This document shows, piece by piece, positions 17,770 through 27,337 of a DNA stretch of 64,000 nucleotides. Origin of the DNA: a virus; the IMG/VR virus record IMGVR_UViG_3300050016_000116, positions 35,645 to 99,644 of that record. The stretch is one strand, 5' to 3'. The notes beneath the pieces were generated by a model. That model was given only the letters and a program-made list of their open reading frames with translations, did not search any database and was not told the origin of the DNA. The translations under genes and the position numbers were made by a program. Numbering within the stretch: the stretch's first letter is position 1; each line of letters begins with the position of its first letter.

Positions 17770-19524
17770 ATGAAGTCAGCACGCAGGCGCGCGCCCGAAC
17801 CCTCTCCCCCCAAGCCTGATTCGAAAAGCGCTTTTCGAAACTCCTCAACTTCTGGAGCCCAAGTGCTCGAAGCGGGGGATGTAGCGCTCGCTTCCATCCT
17901 TCGGGATGAAGTCTTCGCAGACGCGATGAAGGCAAGGGAGGACATCTTCACGTTCTTCGAGTTCGTGATGCGTCGCTTCGACAAGCGTGAGCCCATCCAG
18001 CTTGCAGCGCATCAACGTGTGCTCCTGGAGTTCTTCATGGCGCACGATCGTTCTGTCGCAATGTGTCCGGTCGGTTCCTCGAAGACGTGGATCGCGGTTG
18101 GGCTTGCGCTCTTCTTCCTTGGTCAGAACCCCGAGTCACGAGGGGCAGTTGTCTCTGCGACCGAGGGGCAGGCGAAGAAGTTCGTGCAGCTTGTTCGCGG
18201 GTACATCACTGAGTCCCCCGAGCTGAGGATGGTCTTCCCTCACCTCATCCCTTCGCAGAGGGACGGAGAGCAGTGGACGCAGACAAGCATCACCGTGCAG
18301 AGGTCAGTCGGCATCAAGGATGCGTCTCTCACCGCGTACGGGATTGACAGCCCTTCGATCGTCGGTTCTCGTCTCGCCTGGGTCATTGTCGACGACATCC
18401 TCAGTGACGAGAACACGTACACCCCCGAGTCACGTGACCACGTCCTTCGGCTCTTGAACGGGCAGGTTCTCTCCCGTCTCGATCCCATCGGCTCCAAGGT
18501 CATCATGATCAACACCCCCTGGCATCCTGACGACGTGGTTCATCACGCCAGGGACAAGCGCGGGTGGGCGACAATCCGCATGGACATCTACGGTGACATC
18601 GAGGTCTGGGACGACGCCTCCACGGAGATCGAGACCCATCCGCACTACGGGAAGTATTGGGACAGCGACATGCTCCGTCCCGCAGAGCCGGCGAACACGA
18701 ACAACCGCTGCTGCCGACTCGTCGCGCACGAACCCGACCCTGACAACTCGGTTCCCCTTTGGCCGGAGGAGCGCCCGATCGAGTGGATTGAGAACACGAA
18801 GCGGGAGCTGAACTTCAACACCCTTGTCTTCAATCGCAACTACCGCTGCCTAGTGCGCGATGACGAGAGCAGCATGTGCAAGCAAGTTTTCGTGGACCGC
18901 TGCTTGAAGATGGCGCGTGACCTCGGCATCTACGGTCTCGTCTCGGTCTACAAGGGCCCTTACCTCACGTTTACCGGGGTGGACCTCGCGTTTGCAGAGC
19001 ACGACAAGGCGGATGAGACCGCGTTCTTCACCTTTGAGGCGAGACCGGGCGGCATCAACGTCATCTTGGACATCGAGATCGGACGTTGGGACAGTCCGAC
19101 CGTCATCCAAAAGATCATCGACAAGCAGAAGGCATTCAACAGCACGGTCAGGGTCGAGAGCAACGCTGCGCAGATTGCGATCAAGCAGTTCGCGCTCCAG
19201 AGGGACAAGAGCTTGCCTATCAAGGCGCACATGACGGGAAGGGCGAAAGCTCACCCCGAGTACGGCGTGCCGGGGCTCTTCTCGGAGATGGAGAATGCGG
19301 CGTGGGTTCTCCCGAACTCCCCCCGTGGTCAGCAGAGCCCGCAGATCGAGCGCTTCATCCGGGACTGCCTTCACTACGTCCCGAGCAAGCACACCGCGGA
19401 CATCCTCATGGCCGCGTACTTCGCCCGGGAACAGAAGCGCGAGTGGATGGGGCTCTCGGGGAAGGGCAACCAGGCAGGTACCCCGGGGCAACCGTCTGCT
19501 ATCGCGGGGGTCATGTCTCGGTAG
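17770..19524 (+). CDS. terL: Terminase large subunit
   Basis: Walker A-like CPVGSSKT, Walker B WVIVDD, INTPWHPDD, nuclease TGVDLA...VESNAAQ...ADILMA. Confidence 0.9.
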   Translation: MKSARRRAPEPSPPKPDSKSAFRNSSTSGAQVLEAGDVALASILRDEVFADAMKAREDIFTFFEFVMRRFDKREPIQLAAHQRVLLEFFMAHDRSVAMCPVGSSKTWIAVGLALFFLGQNPESRGAVVSATEGQAKKFVQLVRGYITESPELRMVFPHLIPSQRDGEQWTQTSITVQRSVGIKDASLTAYGIDSPSIVGSRLAWVIVDDILSDENTYTPESRDHVLRLLNGQVLSRLDPIGSKVIMINTPWHPDDVVHHARDKRGWATIRMDIYGDIEVWDDASTEIETHPHYGKYWDSDMLRPAEPANTNNRCCRLVAHEPDPDNSVPLWPEERPIEWIENTKRELNFNTLVFNRNYRCLVRDDESSMCKQVFVDRCLKMARDLGIYGLVSVYKGPYLTFTGVDLAFAEHDKADETAFFTFEARPGGINVILDIEIGRWDSPTVIQKIIDKQKAFNSTVRVESNAAQIAIKQFALQRDKSLPIKAHMTGRAKAHPEYGVPGLFSEMENAAWVLPNSPRGQQSPQIERFIRDCLHYVPSKHTADILMAAYFAREQKREWMGLSGKGNQAGTPGQPSAIAGVMSR

Positions 19525-19540
19525 CGGCATTCCTTTGGGT

Positions 19541-19825
19541 ATGAACTACCTTGTCACTGCCCCAAGTCCCACACGGCTCTCCTACCTCTTCGTCCGCCCC
19601 AACGGGAAGGGAGCGCAAGCGCGCTGGCTGAACTTCACTGGGCTCGTCCTCCGGTACTTGAGCCGGTATGACATCACGATCGCGCATCATCCCTCTGACC
19701 TAGATCCACCGGTCTGGACGGGACGTAGGTGGGAGCCGTACAAGCCGCACTTCTTCGCCGGCAACCTCCTCGTGGACCTCGCGGATGCGAAGCCGGTCAT
19801 CATCAGCGAGGCTTGGGACCGATGA
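19541..19825 (+). CDS. Hypothetical protein
   Basis: ATG 16 nt after a CGGCATTCC motif; ATGA coupling downstream. Confidence 0.55.
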   Translation: MNYLVTAPSPTRLSYLFVRPNGKGAQARWLNFTGLVLRYLSRYDITIAHHPSDLDPPVWTGRRWEPYKPHFFAGNLLVDLADAKPVIISEAWDR

Positions 19826-19904
19826 AGCGATTCAAGCGCTCCAACTTCCCTGAGTCGGTCCAACTCCCTCACGGTTCAATCCGAGACCAGGGAGCAACCA
19901 GCGC

Positions 19905-20087
19905 TTCAGTCGGGTTCACTTCTTCAATGGCGGAGATCTCACGTCGGTTCTCAGTGCAGTGCATTCCCTCTCCGGGGACCATCTACGCAGCGGCACGGGC
20001 TATCGAACGTGAGTGCGATGGGCGCACGGTGGAGTTCCGTGGGATTCAGTCGGGTTCACTTCTTCAATGGCGGAGATCTCACGTCGG
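19905..20087 (+). repeat. 43-bp exact direct repeat (19905-19947 and 20045-20087)
   Basis: TTCAGTCGGGTTCACTTCTTCAATGGCGGAGATCTCACGTCGG occurs twice, 140 bp apart. Confidence 0.95.
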
Positions 20088-20302
20088 ACGGGCGATTCGC
20101 GTGAGGCAGCGCTACCTTCGTCTACTTGCAGCGGAGATGTGGAGGACATCGTCATCCGTTTCGACGGAGGAGATGCAGGAGTTGGTTCGCAAAGCGCTTT
20201 GCCAATCCCTTCCTCCCCTCACTGACCAAGGGTGCGAACCAACCCCCTGGCGCTTGCGGAGAGCAGACGGCACTCTTTGGCCATGTGCGTATTCTTACTC
20301 AC

Positions 20303-20497
20303 ATGGCGACGATCACCGTGAAGAAAGCCGGGTACCGATGCGAACGATGCGAGCACGAGTGGTCCCCACGAGGGCCACGAGCGGAGAACCTGCCTCGGGG
20401 CGTGGCTGCCGAGGACGTGAAGCCGCGCATCTGCCCCAAGTGCAAGTCGGCGTACTGGGAGACCGCAAAGCGGACGACCACGAAGGACGGAAAGTGA
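20303..20497 (+). CDS. Small Zn-ribbon protein
   Basis: CERCEHEW.PR...CPKCKSAYW; TATTCT-N7-ATG leaderless geometry. Confidence 0.7.
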   Translation: MATITVKKAGYRCERCEHEWSPRGPRAENLPRGVAAEDVKPRICPKCKSAYWETAKRTTTKDGK

Positions 20498-20552
20498 TGG
20501 CCCCGGCGCTTTCACTCTTGTGCGCGGGCGGCGAGAGGGTGACGTGGCGATC

Positions 20553-21320
20553 ATGACCGAGCGTCGAGGAGCCACCGCCCTAAAGCTTGTCGCCGAGCCA
20601 CCGCCGCCTGTTCGGCTTGTGCGGCGGAAGGGAAAGAAGCCCAGGAAAGCCCCGGTTGGCGTCGCTACAAACGACCTCATCTTCAGCGCGCACGTAGGGT
20701 CTAACGCCGCCGTCTTCCCGATGGTCCTCGCCCTCTACGTGCCTGAGAAGAGCGTCGTAGCGGACGTCACGCATGGCAAAGGGGCGTTCTGGCGCGGCAT
20801 CCCCAAGGCGCAGTACGACGTTCGGGCCACCGATCTCAAGTCAGGGACGGATTGTCGCAAGCTCCCCTACAAGGACGCGGTGATCGATTGCGTCGTCCTC
20901 GACCCGCCGTACATGCACACGCCTGGCGGCACGGCCCATGATGGGCACCAGAACTTCGAGGGGTACTACCAGAACAACGCAGCGGCCTCGAACCTCAAGT
21001 ACCACGAAGCGGTGCTCGACCTTTACTACGGCGCCGGCCGCGAGGCGCTTCGAGTGCTCCGGGATGACGGCATCTTCATCGTCAAGTGCCAGGACGAGGT
21101 TTGCGCGAACAAGCAACGGCTAACCCACGTGGAGCTGGTCGTCGAGTACGCAAGGTACGGGTTCGTGGTTGAGGACTGCTTCGTGCTAGTTCGGACCAAT
21201 CGGCCCGGCGTAAGCCGGATGCTGAAGCAGCGCCACGCACGGAAGAACCACTCCTATTTCATGGTGTTCCGAAAGCGACGACAGCCTCGTCAGAGTGTGT
21301 CGGCTTCGAGGAAGAAGTGA
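20553..21320 (+). CDS. DNA amino-methyltransferase (probably N6-adenine)
   Basis: ADVTHGKGAFW SAM-binding motif followed by VLDPPY. Confidence 0.8.
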   Translation: MTERRGATALKLVAEPPPPVRLVRRKGKKPRKAPVGVATNDLIFSAHVGSNAAVFPMVLALYVPEKSVVADVTHGKGAFWRGIPKAQYDVRATDLKSGTDCRKLPYKDAVIDCVVLDPPYMHTPGGTAHDGHQNFEGYYQNNAAASNLKYHEAVLDLYYGAGREALRVLRDDGIFIVKCQDEVCANKQRLTHVELVVEYARYGFVVEDCFVLVRTNRPGVSRMLKQRHARKNHSYFMVFRKRRQPRQSVSASRKK

Positions 21321-22675
21321 CCGAACCCCTTGACGTCGATCTTCGGGTACTCGCTCGACATCGCCGAGTAGCCGGTTGGGATGTCGAGGTAGTAGACGCG
21401 CGTGAGCCAAGCGATGAACATCTGGTAGATCCTCCACTGGTCTGGAAGACACTCGCCCATCTCACGTTCAAGGGGAACCTGAAGGCCACCCGATACGGGT
21501 GGCTCCGACTCACCCCGGCTTACTCCGTACATCTAGTCGCCGAGTTGCTTGAGACCAAGTTGGCGGAGGGCGATCAAGTGCTCGACCCATTCTGCGGCAC
21601 AGGAACGACGGCGCTTGTTTGCGCAGAGCGCGGTATTTCGTGCGACACGACGGACATCAACCCGTTCCTGCTATGGCTCGCGAGGGCAAAGACCGCGACC
21701 TACACGGCATCGCACGTGAGAGCGTTCAACGAAAAGGCGGCCGTCGTTCGCAAGACGATGCTCCGGGCAAACGGGCATGCGCCGTGGGCGCCGCCGCTTC
21801 ATCAGATCGAGAAGTGGTGGAGCGGACGCACCCTCGCAAGCCTCGCTCGTGGAATGGAGATCATTCGATCCGAGAAAGGGCCGACGGGCGACCTCCTGCG
21901 AATCGCGTTCTGCCGGACGATGATCGAACGGGCAAACGTGAGCTTCGGCCACCAGTCGATGTCCTTCAAGAAGCCAGAGGACGCGCTCTCTCTGTTACCC
22001 GATGCCGAAGACGAGCGTGACGTGGCCACGGCTTGGTCTAAAGCCGTCGAAGCCATCGCCGGAGCGGCGCGGTCAGACATTCTCGTAGAACCGAAGCCTG
22101 TCTTGTGCGACGCCCGCGACCTTCGGACAGCTCTCAAACCGAACACGTACGGGTGCGTGATCACCTCGCCGCCGTACCCGAACAGAATGAGCTACATCCG
22201 CGAGCTTCGCCCGTACATGTACTGGCTAGGCTACCTGGAGGACGGCCGTGCAGCAGGTGAGCTTGACTGGCTGGCCATCGGCGGCACGTGGGGCTGCGCC
22301 ACAAGCAACGTTGCGAAGTGGACACCGAGCACGCCTGTGGAGATCCCCTACAAGGGCTTCACTGAGATCATCGGCGCTATCACGGCCACCGGCCCCAAAG
22401 CGAAAGTGCTCGGCCGCTACGTCGCCAAGTATTTTCACGACATGGTCGGGCACTGCGAGTCACTCTTCGCCGTGACCGCACCCGGAGGGGCCGTGCACTA
22501 CATCGTCGGGAACTCGAAGTTCTACGATGTCATGTTGCCGGTGGAGGGCATCTATGCCGCGATGTTCGAGTCGGTTGGGTTCAAGAACGTTGAGATCAAG
22601 ACGATCCGCAAGCGGACTTCAAAAAAGGAGTTGTTCGAGTATGTCGTCAGCGCTCGCAAGCCACTCAGGCGGTAA
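21317..22675 (+). CDS. Alpha-class DNA amino-methyltransferase (probably N4-cytosine)
   Basis: VLDPFCGTGTT followed by ITSPPYPN. Confidence 0.85.
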   Translation: MTEPLDVDLRVLARHRRVAGWDVEVVDAREPSDEHLVDPPLVWKTLAHLTFKGNLKATRYGWLRLTPAYSVHLVAELLETKLAEGDQVLDPFCGTGTTALVCAERGISCDTTDINPFLLWLARAKTATYTASHVRAFNEKAAVVRKTMLRANGHAPWAPPLHQIEKWWSGRTLASLARGMEIIRSEKGPTGDLLRIAFCRTMIERANVSFGHQSMSFKKPEDALSLLPDAEDERDVATAWSKAVEAIAGAARSDILVEPKPVLCDARDLRTALKPNTYGCVITSPPYPNRMSYIRELRPYMYWLGYLEDGRAAGELDWLAIGGTWGCATSNVAKWTPSTPVEIPYKGFTEIIGAITATGPKAKVLGRYVAKYFHDMVGHCESLFAVTAPGGAVHYIVGNSKFYDVMLPVEGIYAAMFESVGFKNVEIKTIRKRTSKKELFEYVVSARKPLRR

Positions 22676-23022
22676 GGATCGCCTTCAAGATCGCATCTAT
22701 CTCGGCTTTGATCGCCTTGAGAAGCGTGAAGAGGTACTGCCCGTCGCGGTCCGCTTCGCTCGGCATGGGGCGAATGTTGCCGAGCTGGCAAGGCGTGGGC
22801 CAAGTTCGGCATCCGCGAATTACCGGGCAGCGCGCGGAATTAGCGGGCAACCCTCAAATGGCGGGCAAAGCCCGTGCGTTCCACCGACGAACGTGACGTG
22901 TCTCTTCGCCGCGGACTGTTCGAACACGATGTGCAGCGGGACTTGGTGCTGCGACGTGGCCACGCGCCAGTGTTACGAAGGGGCGACCTCTTCCCCCTGC
23001 CCGTGAACGGCACTCTTTGGGC

Positions 23023-23223
23023 ATGAGCACCATGGCCCAAAGGAAGTTGGTTCGAGAGCTGGGACCGTACACGCTGGGGAAGGACGGTGTGTTGCGGGAC
23101 AATAACGGTTTCTCGCTCGGGTTCTCCCTGCGTCCGAACGCGAACAGCAAGGAATGCGCATGGGACCGCGCGATGGTCGCGGTTCTGAATGACGTCTTGG
23201 AGATGCAGGGTCCACCGCGATGA
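23023..23223 (+). CDS. Hypothetical protein
   Basis: ATG 15 nt after CGGCACTC; ATGA coupling. Confidence 0.5.
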   Translation: MSTMAQRKLVRELGPYTLGKDGVLRDNNGFSLGFSLRPNANSKECAWDRAMVAVLNDVLEMQGPPR

Positions 23224-23522
23224 AAGACACGAAGCGCCCGAAGTGGTCCCCGGGAACCTGCCGAACGTTGATGAGGCGAACGGCAGACGAACTCGCGAGC
23301 GAAGGACAGAAGGGGGTGAACCCCGAGTACAAGCGCGTTTTCTACGCCCAAGCCGGTGCGTTCTACTTCGCGCTCAACATGGACGCTGGCGCCAGGACGC
23401 GGGAGGACTTCGAGAACTTCCTCATGCGCGAAGTCTTGTGGACTCCCGCCAGTGCAGTCGCATCGGCGGATGAGGTCGAACGAGTCGACGCAGCGAACAA
23501 GGTCCCATATCCGAAGGGATGA
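23220..23522 (+). CDS. Hypothetical protein
   Basis: Coupled overlaps at both ends; KRVFYAQAGA helix. Confidence 0.6.
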   Translation: MKDTKRPKWSPGTCRTLMRRTADELASEGQKGVNPEYKRVFYAQAGAFYFALNMDAGARTREDFENFLMREVLWTPASAVASADEVERVDAANKVPYPKG

Positions 23523-24019
23523 ACCCAACAGCGGGGCGTGTTACGTTCCGCTTCATGGTCGGTGCCGGTTACTCCTCCAACGCCGCGGTTTCGAAGTCTG
23601 CGATGGACTCCTCCAAGAAAGCGGAGGCAGCGTCATCTGCGGCGAAGGACGATTGGGAGAGCCAGAGCCGCGCGGCGAACGCGCACTACCAGGCTGCCCA
23701 GGCGCATCGTCAGGCCGGCAACGAGACGAAGGCAGCCGACCACGACAAGAAAGCCAAGATCCACGACGAGAAGGCAGTAGCCGCGCAGCGGGACCAGGGG
23801 CACGCGGAGATGGTCGGGCAGGACGCGGAGAAGCTCTCGAAGAAAGCTCACCTCGCGGCCTACGGACAGGATCCGAAGGAGCCGCGGACCGAGAAGGAGC
23901 TGCACGAGTGCGCCGCGGACATGCACGACAAGGCGAGCAAGGCGTACGACGCAGCCGGGATGGAGCGGGAAGCTCACTATCACGCAGACATGAGCAAGAA
24001 CCACGCAGAGCACGCGTAA
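23519..24019 (+). CDS. His/Ala-rich helical repeat protein
   Basis: AH..AA.AH..AG....A..H...A..H repeated twice. Confidence 0.7.
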   Translation: MNPTAGRVTFRFMVGAGYSSNAAVSKSAMDSSKKAEAASSAAKDDWESQSRAANAHYQAAQAHRQAGNETKAADHDKKAKIHDEKAVAAQRDQGHAEMVGQDAEKLSKKAHLAAYGQDPKEPRTEKELHECAADMHDKASKAYDAAGMEREAHYHADMSKNHAEHA

Positions 24020-24168
24020 CCGGAGTCATTCGCAAAGCGCTTTTCGAATCAAGGAGAGCAGTGATGCTAGATACGGGTTGCGAGATGCCGAACCGCTCAT
24101 ACCCCCATGACATTCAGAACCTTGATCCCGAGTTCCTGAGACGTAGCAGCTCACCGCCGGAGAAGACG

Positions 24169-24819
24169 ATGGCTGACGAAGTGAAGACCGAGGATGTGAA
24201 GACGATCCTTCAGAAGCTCGATGGGCTTGCGTCCGCAGAGCTTCTCAGACGAATGCAGGGTCAACAGGTCACGGACAAACGGGAGATCCTGGAGAGTATC
24301 GATGGACTGCGAAAGGAGACCCGGACCGAGATTCAGTCCATCCGTCATTCGCAGGACGTGACCAACACCGCAGTCAATGCGGTCACTGAGCGTGTGAAGA
24401 AGCTCGAAGTGCTGCGCTCTATCCCGCCGCGTTCCGGTTCACCGATGCCGCGCACGTACGACCTCTCCAACGTGGAGAAGACGGCCACCGGAGGGCTTCC
24501 GACAAGCGAAGCGGAGAAGCTGGTCAAGCGGCTCAATGAGCTGGAGCTGGACCAAGAGGTCATCGGTGCAGAACTTCACTCGATGGTCACCGAGCGGGAT
24601 GAGGCGAAGAAGTTGGCCCTTGTGGCGCAGGAGAAGGAGCACATTGCGCAGGACAAGGAGCGCATTGCGCAGGAGCGCCAAGGGGCAATCGATCTCTACG
24701 CGCGAGGGCTGGAGAAGGAAGCGAAGCGGAAGCGGGCCAGGCTCATGAAGATCGGGGGAGCGCTTCTCCCTGTCGCGCTCGCAATCGGTGGAGCGCTCGC
24801 GAAGCTTCTTCACCTCTGA
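24169..24819 (+). CDS. Coiled-coil protein with a C-terminal membrane anchor
   Basis: GGAG RBS before MADEVK (an earlier start at 24061 is possible); KRKRAR followed by a hydrophobic C-terminal helix. Confidence 0.65.
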   Translation: MADEVKTEDVKTILQKLDGLASAELLRRMQGQQVTDKREILESIDGLRKETRTEIQSIRHSQDVTNTAVNAVTERVKKLEVLRSIPPRSGSPMPRTYDLSNVEKTATGGLPTSEAEKLVKRLNELELDQEVIGAELHSMVTERDEAKKLALVAQEKEHIAQDKERIAQERQGAIDLYARGLEKEAKRKRARLMKIGGALLPVALAIGGALAKLLHL

Positions 24820-25190
24820 TGGGCTTCGACCCACGCACCAACTCGGCGCAGCTCGCAGCCCTCGTGGCTCGTTGCGACTACAAGCAATTCGCGCTGACGA
24901 GTGTGCCCACGAAGTTGAGCAACGCGGGACATCCCTACCAAGGCGAGTTCCCGGGACCAGCGGTGTCACCGACCGCAGTGGGGTGGACTGCGGTGTACCG
25001 AGGTCGAATCCTCAACGGCTCGCAGCAACCCCCTCTCATCGCCAGCGCTTCGGTTGCAGGTTCCTTCGGGGAAGCGGCAGTGCTCACCGCGGCAAAGGAC
25101 TTCCTTGATGGACTTGACCTCATGGCAGCGAGTCAGGGAGCGAACCCCAACCCTTACGACCCGCGCCTTGGTGGCGGACAGGCTGGCTGA
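24819..25190 (+). CDS. Hypothetical protein
   Basis: TGATG coupling. Confidence 0.6.
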   Translation: MGFDPRTNSAQLAALVARCDYKQFALTSVPTKLSNAGHPYQGEFPGPAVSPTAVGWTAVYRGRILNGSQQPPLIASASVAGSFGEAAVLTAAKDFLDGLDLMAASQGANPNPYDPRLGGGQAG

Positions 25191-25205
25191 CGGCACTCTC
25201 TCGGG

Positions 25206-25484
25206 ATGAGCGAACACGACATCGTCATTCTCAAAGGGGTCAGCGTTGGTGAGGATCCCATGGTTGCGGGCTTCCTCGTTCACGCAGTCATCAAGGAGTC
25301 GGTGAGACTCGTGAGCCGGCTGGTGGGAGGAGTTTGCTCAGTGACCGTTGCAGCGAGAACCCTCACCATCAAGTACCACATCCGGGACTCTGTCCCGATG
25401 GAGCAGAGGACCATCGATCTGGAGAACATCAAAGCGCTCTTCTCCGAGGTCGCGCGGGTGGCGTACAAGAAGAGCGGGGGATGA
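25206..25484 (+). CDS. Hypothetical protein
   Basis: ATG 15 nt after CGGCACTC. Confidence 0.55.
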   Translation: MSEHDIVILKGVSVGEDPMVAGFLVHAVIKESVRLVSRLVGGVCSVTVAARTLTIKYHIRDSVPMEQRTIDLENIKALFSEVARVAYKKSGG

Positions 25485-25536
25485 ATCGACATCGGCTCAG
25501 CTTGTAGTCCTAGCTTTGAGTCGTAGGGTCTTCCCC

Positions 25537-25764
25537 ATGGACCTCGTAGCGCTCTTCGTCTGGTTGCTGGTGCTCTGTCTGGTCTTGGGGCTCCTCTATT
25601 GGATCGTGACGCTGGTGGTTGCAGTGCTCCCTCCTCCCATCGCAGTGCCAGCGAGAGTCATCCTCCTCGTGATCCTCGCGCTCATCGGGATCAGTGTCCT
25701 CCTCGGTGCAGTCGGGATGTATGACGCGCCTTGGAGCTACGGGCACCATCACTTTGTTCGGTAG
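25537..25764 (+). CDS. Small two-TM membrane protein (holin candidate)
   Basis: Two long hydrophobic helices separated by LPPP; TAGGGT-N7-ATG. Confidence 0.65.
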   Translation: MDLVALFVWLLVLCLVLGLLYWIVTLVVAVLPPPIAVPARVILLVILALIGISVLLGAVGMYDAPWSYGHHHFVR

Positions 25765-25815
25765 CGGGCGGAGGAAGTGAAGTCGGGTTATCCTCCGCGG
25801 AAGGAGGCTAACCCC

Positions 25816-26244
25816 ATGCCCATCACGATTCAGCTTTGCCCTCACGGGATGAACGAGAGGTCTTGTCCGACTTGCTATCGGATGAAGCCGGCAGCTCCCA
25901 AGCCCGCAGACAGTCTCCCGGGAACACGCCCAGGAGTTCCCCTGGGTAACGTCATCTCGATGGCAGACGCGTTCCAGGCGTCGCAGCGTGCCATGGCCGC
26001 GCGAGCCGCTGCTGCCCCGGCAATCAAGCGAGCGGATGGGAGCCAGGTGGCGCAGCAACAGCCCTACTCCTCCGCCAACACTGCCTCTTCCGAGGCGCAC
26101 ACCGAGGACGGTGTCTGGAAGCCTCCCGCTCATCCCCAGGTCGCAGACCGCCAACCGAGGCACCCGCACGAAGGCGAAGGGAAGGTGTCTTACTCGGGAC
26201 CTCTCTTCGTCCCCATTGACCCGACCACGATCAAAGCGCGCTGA
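25816..26244 (+). CDS. Hypothetical protein with an N-terminal CPHG...CPTC Zn motif
   Basis: AAGGAGG RBS. Confidence 0.6.
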   Translation: MPITIQLCPHGMNERSCPTCYRMKPAAPKPADSLPGTRPGVPLGNVISMADAFQASQRAMAARAAAAPAIKRADGSQVAQQQPYSSANTASSEAHTEDGVWKPPAHPQVADRQPRHPHEGEGKVSYSGPLFVPIDPTTIKAR

Positions 26245-26278
26245 CGGCACTCATCGGTCATGAGGAAGGGAGTTGCCA

Positions 26279-26536
26279 ATGTTCACCGACGAGCAAGCGC
26301 ACTTGTTCGAGCAGTGCAGAAGGATCGCTCCGGGGATCGAGATTCATCACGAGATCTTCCGCTCGGGCATCCCCGGGATCGAAGTCCTTCCCGTGCTATG
26401 CGCGTACGCGACCCCGCAACGACCTCTCGCGCGGATACAGGCAAACGCGTGCAAGTGCGGCGCACCGAAGTGCTTGGAGGTGGCAGTGTTGCACCTTCTG
26501 ACAGCGTCTCTGTTTGTCCTTCGCCAATCGAATTGA
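26279..26536 (+). CDS. Hypothetical protein
   Basis: AGGGAG RBS; CKC...C. Confidence 0.5.
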   Translation: MFTDEQAHLFEQCRRIAPGIEIHHEIFRSGIPGIEVLPVLCAYATPQRPLARIQANACKCGAPKCLEVAVLHLLTASLFVLRQSN

Positions 26537-26916
26537 CGGGCTTCTTCTCATTCCCTCCGGAGGTCGTGAGGGAATGGGAGGAGCTGTACCGACTCTCCGG
26601 GGGGACGTTCCGAGTTCATGGGTTCCTGACGAAGTGTCAGCGACCAGGAACCGTCAATCCGAAGCCGCTGAACTACGCGGTCATGTGGAGAGCGTACTTG
26701 GCTCCGAGACGTCTCTACTTGGCGAACAAGGAGCCGGCGCAGGTTCCCGTTCTGGACGTGGAGCAAGTCGGGCTCTTCCCGCTCGGGGGAGGTGACATCA
26801 CGGATGGGATCGAGGTCTCGTCTGCGGTCGCAATCCTTCCAAGGCTCTTCAGGGAAGCGCGAACCATCATCCAGCTCGCGGCACTCCGAGCAGTGGGGAG
26901 AGGAGCAATCGCATGA
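26533..26916 (+). CDS. Hypothetical protein
   Basis: TTGA overlap with the upstream stop; the 3' half of ORF 26260-26916 looks protein-like. Confidence 0.5.
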   Translation: MTGFFSFPPEVVREWEELYRLSGGTFRVHGFLTKCQRPGTVNPKPLNYAVMWRAYLAPRRLYLANKEPAQVPVLDVEQVGLFPLGGGDITDGIEVSSAVAILPRLFREARTIIQLAALRAVGRGAIA

Positions 26917-27284
26917 GCAACAAGACGCTGGACGAAGCGGTGGAGGCGTTCAAGGGGGGAGCCTCCAAGCGCAAGTCGAAGAAGCCGCACGAGATTGCAG
27001 AGCTGGCCACGAAGGTCCTCAATGCGGTCGAGAAGGACCATGCAGGAGGGCTGGAGCACTTCACGGAAACGGATGAACCGTTGGTGACGGGAGAGGAAGT
27101 TCTCCAGCAGATTCTCGCCGGGAAGAAGATCGTGGCGAAGAAGCGCGAGGACGATGAGACGGCAGCACCAGAGGTGGCACTTCCCGGACAAGGTGAGCTT
27201 CCTGCTGCGCAGGAGAAGGACTTGCGGAAACCACCTACGAACAGACTCTCTATCGCGAAGAAGCCGATAGTGGAGACGGGTTGA
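26913..27284 (+). CDS. Hypothetical protein
   Basis: GAGGAG RBS; ATGA overlap. Confidence 0.6.
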   Translation: MSNKTLDEAVEAFKGGASKRKSKKPHEIAELATKVLNAVEKDHAGGLEHFTETDEPLVTGEEVLQQILAGKKIVAKKREDDETAAPEVALPGQGELPAAQEKDLRKPPTNRLSIAKKPIVETG

Positions 27285-27337
27285 AACGGTAATGCGCGCC
27301 CCTTGCGACAGAGGATGCGGGAAACGAAAGGAAGACC

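Noticed and set aside
19905-20087. Diversity-generating retroelement TR/VR pair
   Set aside because: The copies are identical (no adenine-specific differences) and no reverse transcriptase is present in the window
20268-20285. CGGCAC motif as a sigma54 -24 element
   Set aside because: No GC at the -12 position (GG-N10-GC not satisfied), and start codons lie too close
2505-24168. ORF-track starts at 2505, 7784, 11628, 12116 and 23356
   Set aside because: These extensions overlap upstream genes; RBSs, stop-start coupling and domain boundaries support 2580, 7880, 11838, 12428 and 24169 (or 24061)
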